Below the pieces are notes generated by a model that was not told the origin of the DNA, made no database searches, and worked only from the letters and a program-made list of their open reading frames with translations. Positions 42,001-55,239 of a DNA stretch of 64,000 nt are shown here, piece by piece. The translations under genes were made by a program, and so were the position numbers. The DNA is from Dictyostelium discoideum. Its lineage: Eukaryota. The stretch lies in contig CM000152.2 of NCBI GenBank assembly GCA_000004695.1, positions 768,001 through 832,000 on the forward strand. Direction: 5' to 3'. How positions within the stretch are numbered: the stretch's first letter is position 1; each line of letters starts with the position of its first letter.

Positions 42001-42764
42001 CACACCACCCTAAACCCCACTTAACCACATTAGTTTTTATCTTTCTTTAGGAAAAAAGTGTGGTAATAGCTTTAATTGTGAAAAAAGTTAGAAGTGTTGA
42101 AATCAAGGAACAATGTTTTTTTTTTTTTTTTTTTTTTTTTTTTGTTGTTGTTGTTGTAGTTATTCTTGTTGTTTTTTTTTTTTTTTTTTTGTTGTTAAAT
42201 GGTAGTAGTTTTGGTGTTGATATCTTTATAGTTGTTATTGTTGATTATGGTATACAAATATGCAGGTGAGGAGAGAGAGGTGTGGTTTAAAAAAAAAATT
42301 TATCATTTCCACTTAACCACCCAATCATTGATGGTGATGATATTAATTTTTTTGATTTTGGAAAAAAAAAAAAAAATTATAAAAATAATTTAATTTTTTA
42401 AATAATAATAAAAAAAAAAAATAAAAAAATAAAAAAAAACACTCCTTTTAAAAAAATAATTTACTATAAATAATCATCAAAAAAGAATATTTTTAATCAT
42501 TCACAAATTAATTCAAACCAATTAACAAATAAAAATAAAAAAATTAAACACAAATAATAATAACAATAATATTTATTTTTTATTTTAATTTTTCTAAACA
42601 TATACCAATTATAATTATATTTTTTTTATTATAAATAAAATAAAAAAAAAAAAAAAAAAAAATTTTTTTATTTCCAAATCACAAAATCAATTTTAAAAAA
42701 ATAATTTACTAAATACTTTTTTTTCTAAAAAAAACTTTACTTAAAAAAACTTCAAAAACTAAAA

Positions 42765-43000
42765 ATGGAATCTAAAAGTGAAATTAATTTTATCTTAAAT
42801 AAAACCAAAGTTCCACCAGTCATTTTCGGAGGAATCTTTTCAACATTTGGAGTTGATAAAAATATGGATTATTATTATAACTATAGTGATTACCAAAATA
42901 AAAATAATAATAATAATGATAGAAACTATACAAAAAATAATAAAATAATCAATAGTTGTCAAACTGTTCAATGTAATAATTTATCATACTTATTACACTA

Positions 43001-43001
<1 letters not shown>
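42765..43001 (+). CDS. Hypothetical small protein (78 aa), low confidence
   Basis: ORF MESKSEINFILNKTKVPPVIFGGIFSTFGVDKNMDYYYNYSDYQ... with a non-repetitive N-terminal half. Flanked by poly(A). No homology recognisable. Confidence 0.3.
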
Positions 43002-43060
<59 letters not shown>

Positions 43061-43382
43061 ATAATATAAATGAAAAAAAAAAAAAAAAAAGATCAACTTT
43101 AAAATTCCAATCAATTCCAAAAAGTGTATTTTTTTTTTTTTTACTGCCATGTGAAGATCCTAATCTTGCTTTGTAAATAAAGAAATATAAAAAAAAAAAA
43201 AAAAAATATGGATTGTACATAACTAATATCATCAACTGATATATATATATAAGAAATACGCCAAAACGATACTCTAAGAGTAAAATTAAAAATTTTAATA
43301 AAAATAAATTTATAATTTAAAATAAGAATTTCTTTTTTTTTTTTTTTTTTCATTATATATACAATATTAAAATCAAAAGTTT

Positions 43383-44402
<1,020 letters not shown>

Positions 44403-45840
44403 GTTGATCTATTTGTTTGCTTAATTTTAAAAAATAAAAAAAATAAAAAAAATAAAAAAAACTTCAACTGATTTTTTCATTTTTTTTTTTTTATTTTTAT
44501 TTTTATTTTGGATATTATTATTTTTCTTTTTTTTTTTTTTTTTTTTTGGGAGCTTTGAAATAAATTTTAATAATTAAATATATATATATATTTTCTTGAA
44601 AATAAAAAAAGTTTAAAGGAGAATGGTTGGAGACTTTTATTTATATATATTATTAATAAAATAATAAATATTTATAAAATAAAATTTTTTTTTTTTTTTT
44701 TTTTTTTTATTAATATAGCTTTTTTTTTTTTTTTTAAAAAAAAATTAAACTTATCAAGTATATTAATTACTAATCTAGCAATAATAAATCAAAAATAAAA
44801 CAGTAATTTAAATCAATAAATTTTATCACCAATCCAATCAAATCCAATCAAATCCATTAAATCAAATCAAATCAATCAAATCAAATCAATATTTAAAATA
44901 TCCCAATAAAATTAAAGATGAATCTGGGAGAAAATAATAAAATAAAGAATATTGATTATTTTAACTTTTTTTTTAAGTAAATCTTTTATTATTTTTTAGA
45001 TTTTTTTCTTTTTCCTTTTTTTTTTTTTTTTTTTTTGTTTTGTTTTTTTTTTTTTAAATATATAAAAATTATAATTCAAATATTATTTTGTACTGTGGAA
45101 TTTTTTTTAATTATTTGTATCCTTTGTCCTCTTTTTTAGGTTCTTTTAAGTTAGTTTTTTTTTTTTATTATTTTATTTTTTTTTTTTTTATTTTGTTAGT
45201 TTAATTTTAGAATTAAAATAAAAAAAAGAAAAAAAAAAAAGAAAAAAAAAAAGAATTAATATAAATATTGAAATTATACCATTGTTCAAAGAAAATATGA
45301 TTTAATTTCAATAGAAAAATAACAACAACAAATTTTTAACCAAATTAAATTTAAATGATTCAAATAAAACATCCACGTACCCAATAATAATAAAAAAATT
45401 AAATAAATGAGAGAAAAAAAAAAAAAAAAAAAGAGAGAAAAAAAAAAATAAACGAAAAAAGAAAATAATATAATGATGATGATGAATAAATTTTATATAC
45501 CTTTTCATAAATCGTAAAGTTTTAATTTTTTGTATATAAATCTATTTAATGGGGGGGTGCGAAAATTAATTATTATTATTTTTTTTTTTTTTTTTTTTGG
45601 GAGAGAAAAACCCACATTTTTTTATTTTTATAAATTCTTCACTCAAATGTGGTGAATTATATGGTTAGATATATAAAAAAAAATTAAGTAATAAATATCC
45701 CAATATAAAGATTGTTCCAAATTACAAAAAAAAATTTATTTATTTTAATTTTAATTTTTTTTTTTTTTTTTTTTAAAATGATGTTTTTATAGATATATAA
45801 TACGCGGTATTTATAATTTAAAATTTTATAACAGATTTTT

Positions 45841-45950
45841 CACTCACTATCACCCTCATTTTTTTAAAATTACATTATTTTAACCCACTTTCAAACACCC
45901 CAAACCTATACATCTCACTATTATCATACATATCCACGCTTAACAATGAT
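45841..45950 (+). promoter_or_regulatory. C/A-rich G-depleted tract about 700 bp upstream of the 46663 GTPase gene (candidate regulatory element)
   Basis: Visible as cactcactatcaccctcattttt...taacccactttcaaacaccccaaacctatacatctcactattatcatacatatccacgcttaac. It has the same strand asymmetry as the 24400 tract. Confidence 0.25.
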
Positions 45951-46662
45951 TTAAAATCTTTTTTTTTTTTTTTTTTTTTTTTTTTATTATTTAATTATTT
46001 TTTCCTTTTTTATTTTTAATTATTTTTTAATTATTTATATAAATTTTTTTTTTTATTTTTTTGAATATATTCAACAAGAACTAACACATATATTTTTTTT
46101 ATTATATTATAATTTTATTTTAAATGGTTTTTTTTTTTTTTAAAAAATAAAAAAAATTTATCAATTCAATTCTTTTAATCGAATAAGTTAGATTTATATT
46201 AATAAATATTTATTTTTAACTTAACCCATTTTTTTTTTTTAATCATACACACTCCCAATATTTTTTTTATTATTTTAAATTATTTGTTTAAAAAAAAAAA
46301 AAAAATTTGTGGGTTTTTTTTTTTTTTTTTTTTTTCTTTTTTCTTTGTGTAAATAGCATTTAAATTTAAAATTTTTTAATTTATCTTTTGTAGAAATAAA
46401 ATTAAAAACACTCATCTTTGTTAAATCATTAAAAAAAAATATATATATTTATTTTATATTATTTTTTTATTTTATTTTTAAATCATTAAAAAAAAAAAAA
46501 AAAAAAAAAAAATTTTTACTTTCCTTTTTTACTATTTAATTCAATTCTCAATTTTATTTTTATTTTTTATTTTTTTTATTATCTAAATTAAATTTAACAA
46601 ATCAAAAAAAAAAAAAAAAAAAAAATCAAAAGAACAAGTATACATATAAATAATTTTTAAAA

Positions 46663-47380
46663 ATGAGTAAAAAATTAAATATTTGTTTTTTAGGTGCATC
46701 AGAAGTTGGTATGTATAAAAAAAAAAAAAACAAATAAATAAATTAGTTTTATTAATTTAATTTTTATACTTTTTTTTTTCATTTTATTTTTTTTTTTAGG
46801 AAAATCAAGTTTAATAAGCTCATTCCAAAATTCATATTTTGATGAAAGTCAAACTTATGTACCAACAATTGAAAATAAATCATCGAAATTATATACCTAT
46901 AAACAATTATATACAATTAATAATTATGACACAAGTGGTTCCATAGAGTGTAATTGTATTATACCACAAACCATTAAACAATGTGAAGCATTTGTTATAG
47001 TTTATTCATTAACCGATAGAAATTCATGCGACTCGATAACCATGTACATAGAAATGATAAAAAACTGTTTTAAATATTTAAAAGGTTGTGACAATGTTCC
47101 AATAATATTAGTTGGTAATAAAGTCGATGGCGATAATAATAAAAATTTGGCTTTCACTGAAACCGAAATTCAAGAACTTTCAAAATATATTAATTTACCA
47201 TACATTGAAGCCAGTGCCAAAGATATCCGCTCTGTTCAATCAATTTTTAATCTTTTAATTGATACAATTAACATTAAAGAAAAACAATTAAAAAAACAAC
47301 AATTAAGATATAAAAAACAATTAAGAAATGAAAATAATAGAAATTTCTTTCATAAATTCTTTGCTTTAAAATTAAAATAA
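46663..47380 (+). CDS. Ras-superfamily small GTPase, atypical (no catalytic Gln, no CAAX)
   Basis: Exon 1 is 46663..46708 and exon 2 is 46800..47380. The phase-1 intron (GTATGT..TAG) splits the P-loop codon. Motifs: G1 GASEVGKS, switch I YVPTIE, G3 DTSG (the Ala and the Gln of the canonical DTAGQE are replaced), G4 NKVD, and G5 SAK. The C-terminus ...FFALKLK has no Cys. Confidence 0.8.
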
Positions 47381-47811
47381 CCTTATAATAATTATTATCC
47401 TAAATAAACAAAAATATAATAATATAAAAAAAATGAAAAAACAAAAAAAAAAAAAAAAAAAAATAATCCAATAGTTTAAATATTCAAGTAATTTTGGTGA
47501 AAAAAAAAAATAAAAAAAAAAAAAAAATAATAAAAAACGAGCTATTTTGCTTAAAATATTATCTTTTGCAAAAAAGGTTATATTTAAGTTTAAACATTAA
47601 AAAAAAAAAAAAAAAAACGAGCTATTTTGCTAAAAATATATTATTTGTTTCAAAAATGTTAGATTTAAGAATTAAAAAAAAAAAAATCAAACCTAAAAAT
47701 TTAATAATTATTATTTTTTTTTTTTTAGTATAAATTAAATTTTTTTTTTTTTATTATTATTATTACTATTCCATACTTAAAATTAATTAAAAATTAAATA
47801 AATCAAAAAAA

Positions 47812-48438
47812 ATGAACAGAAAATTAATTTTATTTTTATTAAGTTTTATTTTTATAAATTTTGTAAAATGTGGTTACATTCACATGCAAATGTTTGCTGA
47901 TGCAGATGGATTATGTAAGGATTTGTTTATTGGAGCTTATGTTTTAGAAGGAGTATGTATTGAAAATGTTATTATGAAATGTTCAACAAATCAAAAATCA
48001 GTTTTAGCATATCAGTATGAAAATGATGATTGTTCAGGCCCAATAATTAATCATGAAGAATTAGTAACTGGTGGATGTGTAAATGTTTCATCAAAATTCG
48101 AATGTACTGAAGAAATTGATTTACCACAAGACACAAATACAATTATTATAGTTAGTCATAATTCAACCCAAGAAGAATGTCCAGATTATAAACAAGGTTT
48201 AGTTAAATTAAGTTATCAGATGACAAATCTATGTTTACCAAATATAATCAAACCAAATCAATTTTCAACTATTCAAACATGTGATGAAACTTCAATAACT
48301 CAAACAAATTACCAATCAAGGGATTGTAATCCATCAACTAAAAATCAACCAAACATAAATCCATTGCCAGTAAATGATTGTAAAAACTCTACAAATTATT
48401 TATCAACATACCAATTTTGTTATATTCCAAGTTTTTAA
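47812..48438 (+). CDS. Secreted cysteine-rich protein (hypothetical)
   Basis: 208-aa ORF with an N-terminal signal peptide (MNRKLILFLLSFIFINFVKC) and about 16 Cys in the mature region. There are N-glycosylation sequons. No TM segment. Confidence 0.55.
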   Translation: MNRKLILFLLSFIFINFVKCGYIHMQMFADADGLCKDLFIGAYVLEGVCIENVIMKCSTNQKSVLAYQYENDDCSGPIINHEELVTGGCVNVSSKFECTEEIDLPQDTNTIIIVSHNSTQEECPDYKQGLVKLSYQMTNLCLPNIIKPNQFSTIQTCDETSITQTNYQSRDCNPSTKNQPNINPLPVNDCKNSTNYLSTYQFCYIPSF

Positions 48439-48629
48439 TTTAAATAAAATTATTTAAATTCATTTTAAATTTAATTTTTTTTTTTTTTTTTTTTTTTAAT
48501 TCATTTAAAAAAGAAAATATTTTAAATGGTGAATGTATCAAATAGTATTTTAAAGTGGGGTTGTTAGCCTTTAAAGAATTAAATACGAGGTTATTTTTAG
48601 AATAAAAATTATTATTTTTAATAACAGGG

Positions 48630-48677
<48 letters not shown>

Positions 48678-49358
48678 AAAAAAGAATATGATATCAATTT
48701 AAATTGTTGAATTTCTTTTAAAAATAATAAAAATAGAACAAAAAAAATATAATAATAACCTTTTTGATTTTGTGGTTAAAATGTGGTGAAAATTATTTGA
48801 GGTTAATTTCACAACTGCTTTGTTTAATTTTGGATTTTCACTTTTTTATTTTTTTTTTTTTTTTTGGAATCTCAATATATTTCAGATCCAAATAATTGAT
48901 TTATATAACTTTTGGTATTTAAAAAAATATGAAAATTTATTTAAAAAAAATAAAAAAAAAAATTAAAAAAATTTTTAAAAAAGTAGGTGCATAACCAACC
49001 ACACATCAATAAAACCTATTTATAGAATTTCTTTTTTTTTTTTTTTTTTTTTATTTTTATTTTTATTTTTATTTTTATTTTTTTTAAAAATTTCACAATT
49101 GTTTTTTTTATTTTTATTTTTATTTTTTTTTTTTATTCAAATATTGTTATTTTATCTTATCAACCAGTTATTTGTGGTTTTACTTTGTTACGGTTTATAA
49201 ATAAATAAACAAATAAAAATAAAAATAATAAAAATAAAATTTTAAATTAAATATTATTTTTTCATTAGATTTAATATAAAATCTACTACAAAATTTATAC
49301 ATTTTCACATATAAAATAATCATTTAAAAAAAAAAAAAAAAAAAAAAATTTTTTAAAA

Positions 49359-50847
49359 ATGAATAATAAAATTTTAATTTTATTAATAGTTTTAATTTAT
49401 TTTATAAATTTTATTTATAGCCAAACGTTTTATGTGGAAAGTTCAATGGAACCACCAACTCAAGGTATACCAAATATGGAATTTTATTTATATAATATAG
49501 ATATTGATAATCAAGATAAAACACCAACGATTACATTTACATCAAGTCAATTGAAAACCTATGGAAGTCGAAAGAATGCTACAACTTTTAATTTTCAAAT
49601 TCCAAGAGGGTGTGGCAAAGATAATGATATAGTGGTTCAGATAGGCACAGATTCATATCAAATGAAAATATCCTACCAAGCACCAATCATTTCAAGTTGT
49701 TCAATAGTGCAAGGTGGTAATAATAATTTAGTGATGTGTGTTGGTGATAATTTCGGAAGCGATGTAGCAAATTTGGATGGCTCAAAAACAATTATCAAAT
49801 ACTCCGATCAAGTTATACCAATAAAAACATTCAACGATTCAAGTATAACCTTTGAAATTCAAGATTATTATTTTAGTGATTATATAAATATTGATGTTTG
49901 TAATGTATCGATTGCAACCAACTATCTTATAAACATTGATCCAATTTTTAAAAGTTATTCACTACCAATACCATTACATAAATCAAATGAAATAGTTGAT
50001 ATAATTGGTATTCATTTTTCACCAACTTTATCAAATTCTTCATTAAATTGTAACAGTAGTAGTAGTAGTAGTAGTAGTGATGGTAGTAGTACAAATTTAA
50101 CACCAATAATTTGTAAATTTGAAAATTCATTAAAATTTTCATGTAATTTATCAATAGTTAATAGTAAAATTAAAGCATGTAGCATTTTAGTAAATAATAT
50201 AATTCAAGATACATTTAATATAATTTATAGTGAACCAATCATTGAAAGAGTAACTTCAATTTATTCTTATGAAAATGGTAATATCACCATATATGGTACA
50301 GATTTTTATGAACCAATTCAATTTGTTAAAATTGGTAACTTAGATTGTTTAAATCCAAATTTAACTAATAACCACTACGATGATGATGATGGTGATGATG
50401 ATGATGACGACAATGACAAAAACTCCAAATCATATATAACTTGTCAATTATTAGCTTTACCAGATGATTATAATATAAATTTCAATGTAAATATTAATGT
50501 AACAGTAAAATCTGATGGATTAATTGGAATTTATCAATCATTCCGTTATTTAGATAAAATTAGTCAAGGTAGTGATAATCATGATCAAGATGATAAATTG
50601 AAATGGATGATACCTGTTATTATAATTCCAATCTTTTTTGGAATGTTAACAATTTTCATACCTTTTATTTTATGTAAAAATAAATCAACAATGACTGCTT
50701 TCAATAATTGTTGTATGAGAAGGTTTAAAGATCCAACAAAATCAAAACGTAATAGTAATGGTATGGTTTCTTCAAAAATTCCAAATAATAATACTACAAA
50801 ATCAATTTCTGATGTTAATATTCATGGTAATTTAGCAAATTATGATG

Positions 50848-50852
<5 letters not shown>
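49359..50852 (+). CDS. Type I membrane glycoprotein (hypothetical; IPT/TIG-like ectodomain)
   Basis: 497-aa ORF with a signal peptide (MNNKILILLIVLIYFINFIYSQ). It has a large Cys- and N-glycan-rich ectodomain, one TM helix (WMIPVIIIPIFFGMLTIFIPFIL), and a short basic cytoplasmic tail. Confidence 0.55.
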
Positions 50853-50887
<35 letters not shown>

Positions 50888-51226
50888 AAAAAAAAAACAA
50901 ATAATAATAATAATAAATCCGTATATAAATATATAAAAATATAAAAAACACAACACATCATTTAAAACATATGTAAAAGTATATATATAACTTCTATAAT
51001 TATAAAATCCAACTACTTTCCAACAATAATAATTATTGTAAATATATAAAATGTAATATAATTAAATATTTTTTTTTTAAAAAAAAAAAAAAAGGCATAA
51101 AATAAAAAAAAAAAAAAAAAAACTTTTAACAATTATAATTTATAATTGTAATCAATATTATTGTATTGATTTACATTTCTGTAATGATTTTTATTTTTAT
51201 TGTTGTTATTTTTTTTTTTTTTTTTT

Positions 51227-53289
51227 TTAATTATAATTATTTTTAATTTCAAATCTAACTAAAATATTTGTAATGATATCAGAATGAGGATTATCTGTGA
51301 GTGCAATTTGAGCAAGAGTAGTTTCAAAAGGTAATAGAATTGGTAAATTATAAGATTCCTTTGAAAGACGTGATAATAAACTTGCTGCTCTTTTTGAAAT
51401 TTCTGCATTCTCTCCAGTTGGTTTATGTGTTAATAAATTAATTAAATGTCTAACTAATCCTGGATAATGACAAATTGTAATTCTAAATATATGTATAAAA
51501 ATAAAATAGTTAGAATAGTTTTTAATTATATATACATATATTTTTTTTTTTTAAAAATTTTCACATACCTTAATTTTTGAGAAGATTTTGAGAGTGTTGA
51601 TAAAATTTGAATTGATAATAATTGAATTGATTGATGTGAATGACTTAAAAGTTCTACAACTCTACTAATTAAATTTGGATGTTTTTCAAAGACTTTCTTT
51701 GGATTTTTAATTGTAAAAGTTTCAATTACTGAAGAAGTTAGAGTTTGGAATGTTGGTGGTGTTGATGTAGATTGTAAAGTTTCATTGTTATTTGTTGTTG
51801 TTGTTGTTGTAGTTGTAGTTGTAGGAAATGGTGGTGATGTAACATTTGATGATGATGATGATGATGATGTTTGTGGTAATGGTGAAGATACTGCATTCGA
51901 TGTTGAAGATGAGGTAGGTGGTGGTGGTGAATTATTTGAAATTATAAATTGATCATAGATTGGTTTCATTACCAACTCATCCAAAGCATAACGATTTCTC
52001 TTTGATTTACAAATATAATCAATGGTTTCGACACATGCCAATAATTCTGAATCATCCTTAAAACAATAGATTGACATCTCTAATATTGATAATAGTTTTT
52101 TAGTTAAAATTGAAACTGGTAATTTCTTTAAAACATAAAATTTATTTGATCCATAACACATCTCTCTAACTTGGTCTTTTGAAAATATATTCTTTTCATT
52201 TAAACTTTTAACTAAATCTTCATTTTCATTATTATTCTTATTATCATTTGTTGCAGTAGTAGTTGTAGTGGTAGCTGTTGTAGTTGGTGGTGGTGGTGTA
52301 GTAATATCCATTAAAGTTTCGTTATCATTTTGTTGAGGTTGTTGTTGTTGTGGTTGAGGTGGTTGTGGTGGTGGTGGTGGTTGTTGTAATGTTAAATATT
52401 GAATAATTTTTGAGAAAATTTCAATGATATATCTAGTAATATTTGAATTTAATTGATTGATTGGGTGTAAATTTAAAGAATCGAATGGGTTGAAAGTATT
52501 TGGATCAAATGAATTCTGTTTACTTGATAAACTTTTTCTATATGTTAAATAAGAATGTGCAATCTCTAACAATGCTAAAAGTGCAGTTGGATTATTTGCT
52601 AAATATTGATCATTTGGTTTTTGGAGTATTGAATTTCTTAAGATTGATACAATTTTTGAAATTAAAATAGTATCATTATTTAAATTTAATTTATAAGTTG
52701 TTAATTCTTCTGAATCTTTATCATCATCATCATCATTATTATTACTATTATTATTCTTATTCTCTGGTGTAAATGATACAATAGCATTTAATAATGAATC
52801 TAAAATTGAAGGAATTGGAAACATTGTCTCTTTGAAATCCTTTTCAATGCTAATTGAAAAAATTAATTTTTCTTGATAGGATTTTGTTAATAATGAATTC
52901 AAAGCAAAGTCAATTTTTTTATCATCTTTTGATAATAAATAATCTACTAATCTAGATAAATATGAATGAACTTGAATTCTCTTATTTAATCTATCTGAAT
53001 AAAATGGTACTTCTGTTCTTTTAATATCTATTAAAATAATAATAATAATATTATTAATAATAAGAATAATAATAATAATAATAATAAATAACAATAACAA
53101 TAAATAATAATAATAATAAAAGAGATATTTAAATTATTTTATTAATATTAAATATTAATTATTACTATTTTTTTTTTTTTTTACAAATTGTTTTTTAATT
53201 TTTTTTTTTAATTTTTTTTTTTTTTTTAATAACATACAAACTGTATGGCTATATTGCATAGCATAAGGATGATATTGATTCATCTGCAT
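51227..53289 (-). CDS. Hypothetical protein with helical (ARM/HEAT-like) repeats, polyQ/polyP/polyT tracts
   Basis: Confident minus-strand exons are 51569..53027 and 51227..51482 (GTATGT donor, TAG acceptor; ...SKSSQKLR|ITICHYPGLVRHLINLL...). The ORF-track N-terminus (MLLLFIIIII...) is read-through of an (ATT)n-containing intron. A putative 5' exon at 53238..53289 (MQMNQYHPYAMQYSHTV, GTATGT donor) splices in frame to the TAG acceptor at 53028. That first exon is inferred only. Confidence 0.5.
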
Positions 53290-53870
53290 TTTTAATATAT
53301 AAAATTTAATACACCAAATATTGTGTGGATTTTTTTTTTTTTTTTTTTTAAAATTTGGGACTAATTATCTATAAATAAAAAATTAAAAAATAAATGAAAA
53401 AAAAAAAAAAAAGTAATGACCAAAAATTCAAATTTTTTTGAAAAAAAAAATAAAAAAAAAAAAAAAATGAAAAAAAAAAAAAATTAATAAAAAAAGGAAA
53501 ATGTTTCAGAGAGGCAGGTTTTTTATTATTTTTATTTTTTATTTAAATCTAAGAATTCTTTACAAGAATATTTTATATTATATTGATTATTAATAAGATT
53601 GATCGTACATTGAAATTTTTAAAAGTGTGGTAATAGTATTATTTCTATTTGTTTTTTAATATTGTTTTTTTTATTTTTTTTTAACTTGTGTGTTGATTTG
53701 TTATTATTTGTTTTTAAAAGTAAGAACATGGAAAAAAAAAAATAAAAAAATAATTACAAAAAAAAAAAAAAAAATTGGTAAATCCAAAAAAAAAAAAAAT
53801 ATATAAAGGGAAATTTTTTTTTTTTTTTATTATTAAATAAATTTAAAAAACTATTTTTTAAGAAAATAAA

Positions 53871-54323
53871 ATGAAATTTATAATTACAATTTTATTATTT
53901 GCTTTATTAACCATTAGTTTCAGTTCTGCCTCTGAAGATAGCTTCCAATGTGGTAGATATGCATGTTTACCAGGCCATTCTTGTATTTGTGATAATGGTG
54001 TTTATAGATGTGTTTATGTTTGTGAAGAAGTAACAATCGTTCAAACTATTACTGATTCATGGGTTGATAGTGAAAAGAAACCAAGTGTTAAAGTAAATGT
54101 TGATGTTATCAATCATACTCATCGTACAATTAAGGATATAGTAATTGCAACTGATGCTCATTTAAATTCCGGTCAAATTTGGGGTGCCCACTTAAATGGT
54201 TTCTTATTAGATTTCCCAGATTACGTTTCAATTGCTCCAGGTCAAATTCATTCATTTGGTTATATTAATAGAGGTACTAGTGCTGCTCATCTTTGGGTTC
54301 AACATGTTTTCATCTCTGCTTAA
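53871..54323 (+). CDS. Secreted protein with Cys-rich N-terminus and a putative carbohydrate-binding (CBM49-like) beta-sandwich domain
   Basis: 150-aa ORF with a signal peptide (MKFIITILLFALLTISFSSA) and a CxxxxCxxxxxCxCxxxxxxCxxxC module. The domain VKVNVDVINHTHRTIKDIVIATDAHLNSGQIWGAHLNGFLLDFPDYVSIAPGQIHSFGYINRG resembles the cellulose-binding modules of Dictyostelium spore-coat and expansin-like proteins. The family call is tentative. Confidence 0.5.
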   Translation: MKFIITILLFALLTISFSSASEDSFQCGRYACLPGHSCICDNGVYRCVYVCEEVTIVQTITDSWVDSEKKPSVKVNVDVINHTHRTIKDIVIATDAHLNSGQIWGAHLNGFLLDFPDYVSIAPGQIHSFGYINRGTSAAHLWVQHVFISA

Positions 54324-54510
54324 TTTTTTTTTAAATAAATAAATCATCATTTTTTACAAAAAAAAAAAAAAAAAAAAAAAATATCGATAAGAATTTTCCA
54401 TTTCCAAAATTAAAAAAAAACAAGAAAAAAATCTTTTTTTTTTTTTAATTTCGGAATTGAAAATTCCAATACCAATTTTTGATGACGTTTGGAATGTTCA
54501 GTGCCAAAAT

Positions 54511-54567
<57 letters not shown>

Positions 54568-54686
54568 ATAAAAAGTTTTTGAATAATATTTTTAATATAT
54601 TAATATTCTAAAACTTTTTATTAATATATTAATATTATATATTTTAATTTTTTTTTTTTATAAAAGATAATCACAAAATAATATAA

Positions 54687-55177
54687 ATGAAAGTTTTATC
54701 TGTTCTTTGTGCTTTATTAATTACAGTTGCAACTGCAAAACAAGAATTATCAGAATCTCAGTATAGAGATGCATTCACTGATTGGATGATCAGTAATCAA
54801 AAATCATATAGTTCAAGTGAATTCATAACTCGTTATAATATTTTCAAAACAAATTTTGACTACATCGAGGAATGGAATTCAAAAGGTAGTGAAACAGTTT
54901 TGGGTTTAAATAAAATGGCTGATATCACAAATGAAGAATATAGATCATTATACTTAGGTAAACCATTTGATGCCTCATCATTAATTGGTACAAAAGAAGA
55001 GATTTTATTTAGTAATAAATTTTCATCAACAGTTGACTGGAGAAAAAAAGGTGCTGTTACCCATGTAAAAAATCAACAATCTTGGTAAGTAAAATTTTTT
55101 TTTTTTTTTTTTTTATTTATTCTTACTGGGGTGAACGACGGGATAATTCGTGATTTTACCGAGTTTCGAACCTCAGA

Positions 55178-55239
<62 letters not shown>

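Noticed and set aside
40722-42269. ORFs 40722..41015, 41482..41679 and 42060..42269
   Set aside because: Phe/Lys/Val-rich translations of T-, A- and GTT-rich intergenic sequence. No start context or coding-like composition.
55120-55195. Possible intact tRNA gene in the cathepsin intron
   Set aside because: A GGTTCGAAAC T-loop-like motif and a downstream poly(dT) are present. However, no acceptor stem or D-arm could be paired, the T-stem is imperfect, and the loop length is off. It is kept only as a finding (tRNA-like fragment), not as a tRNA feature.
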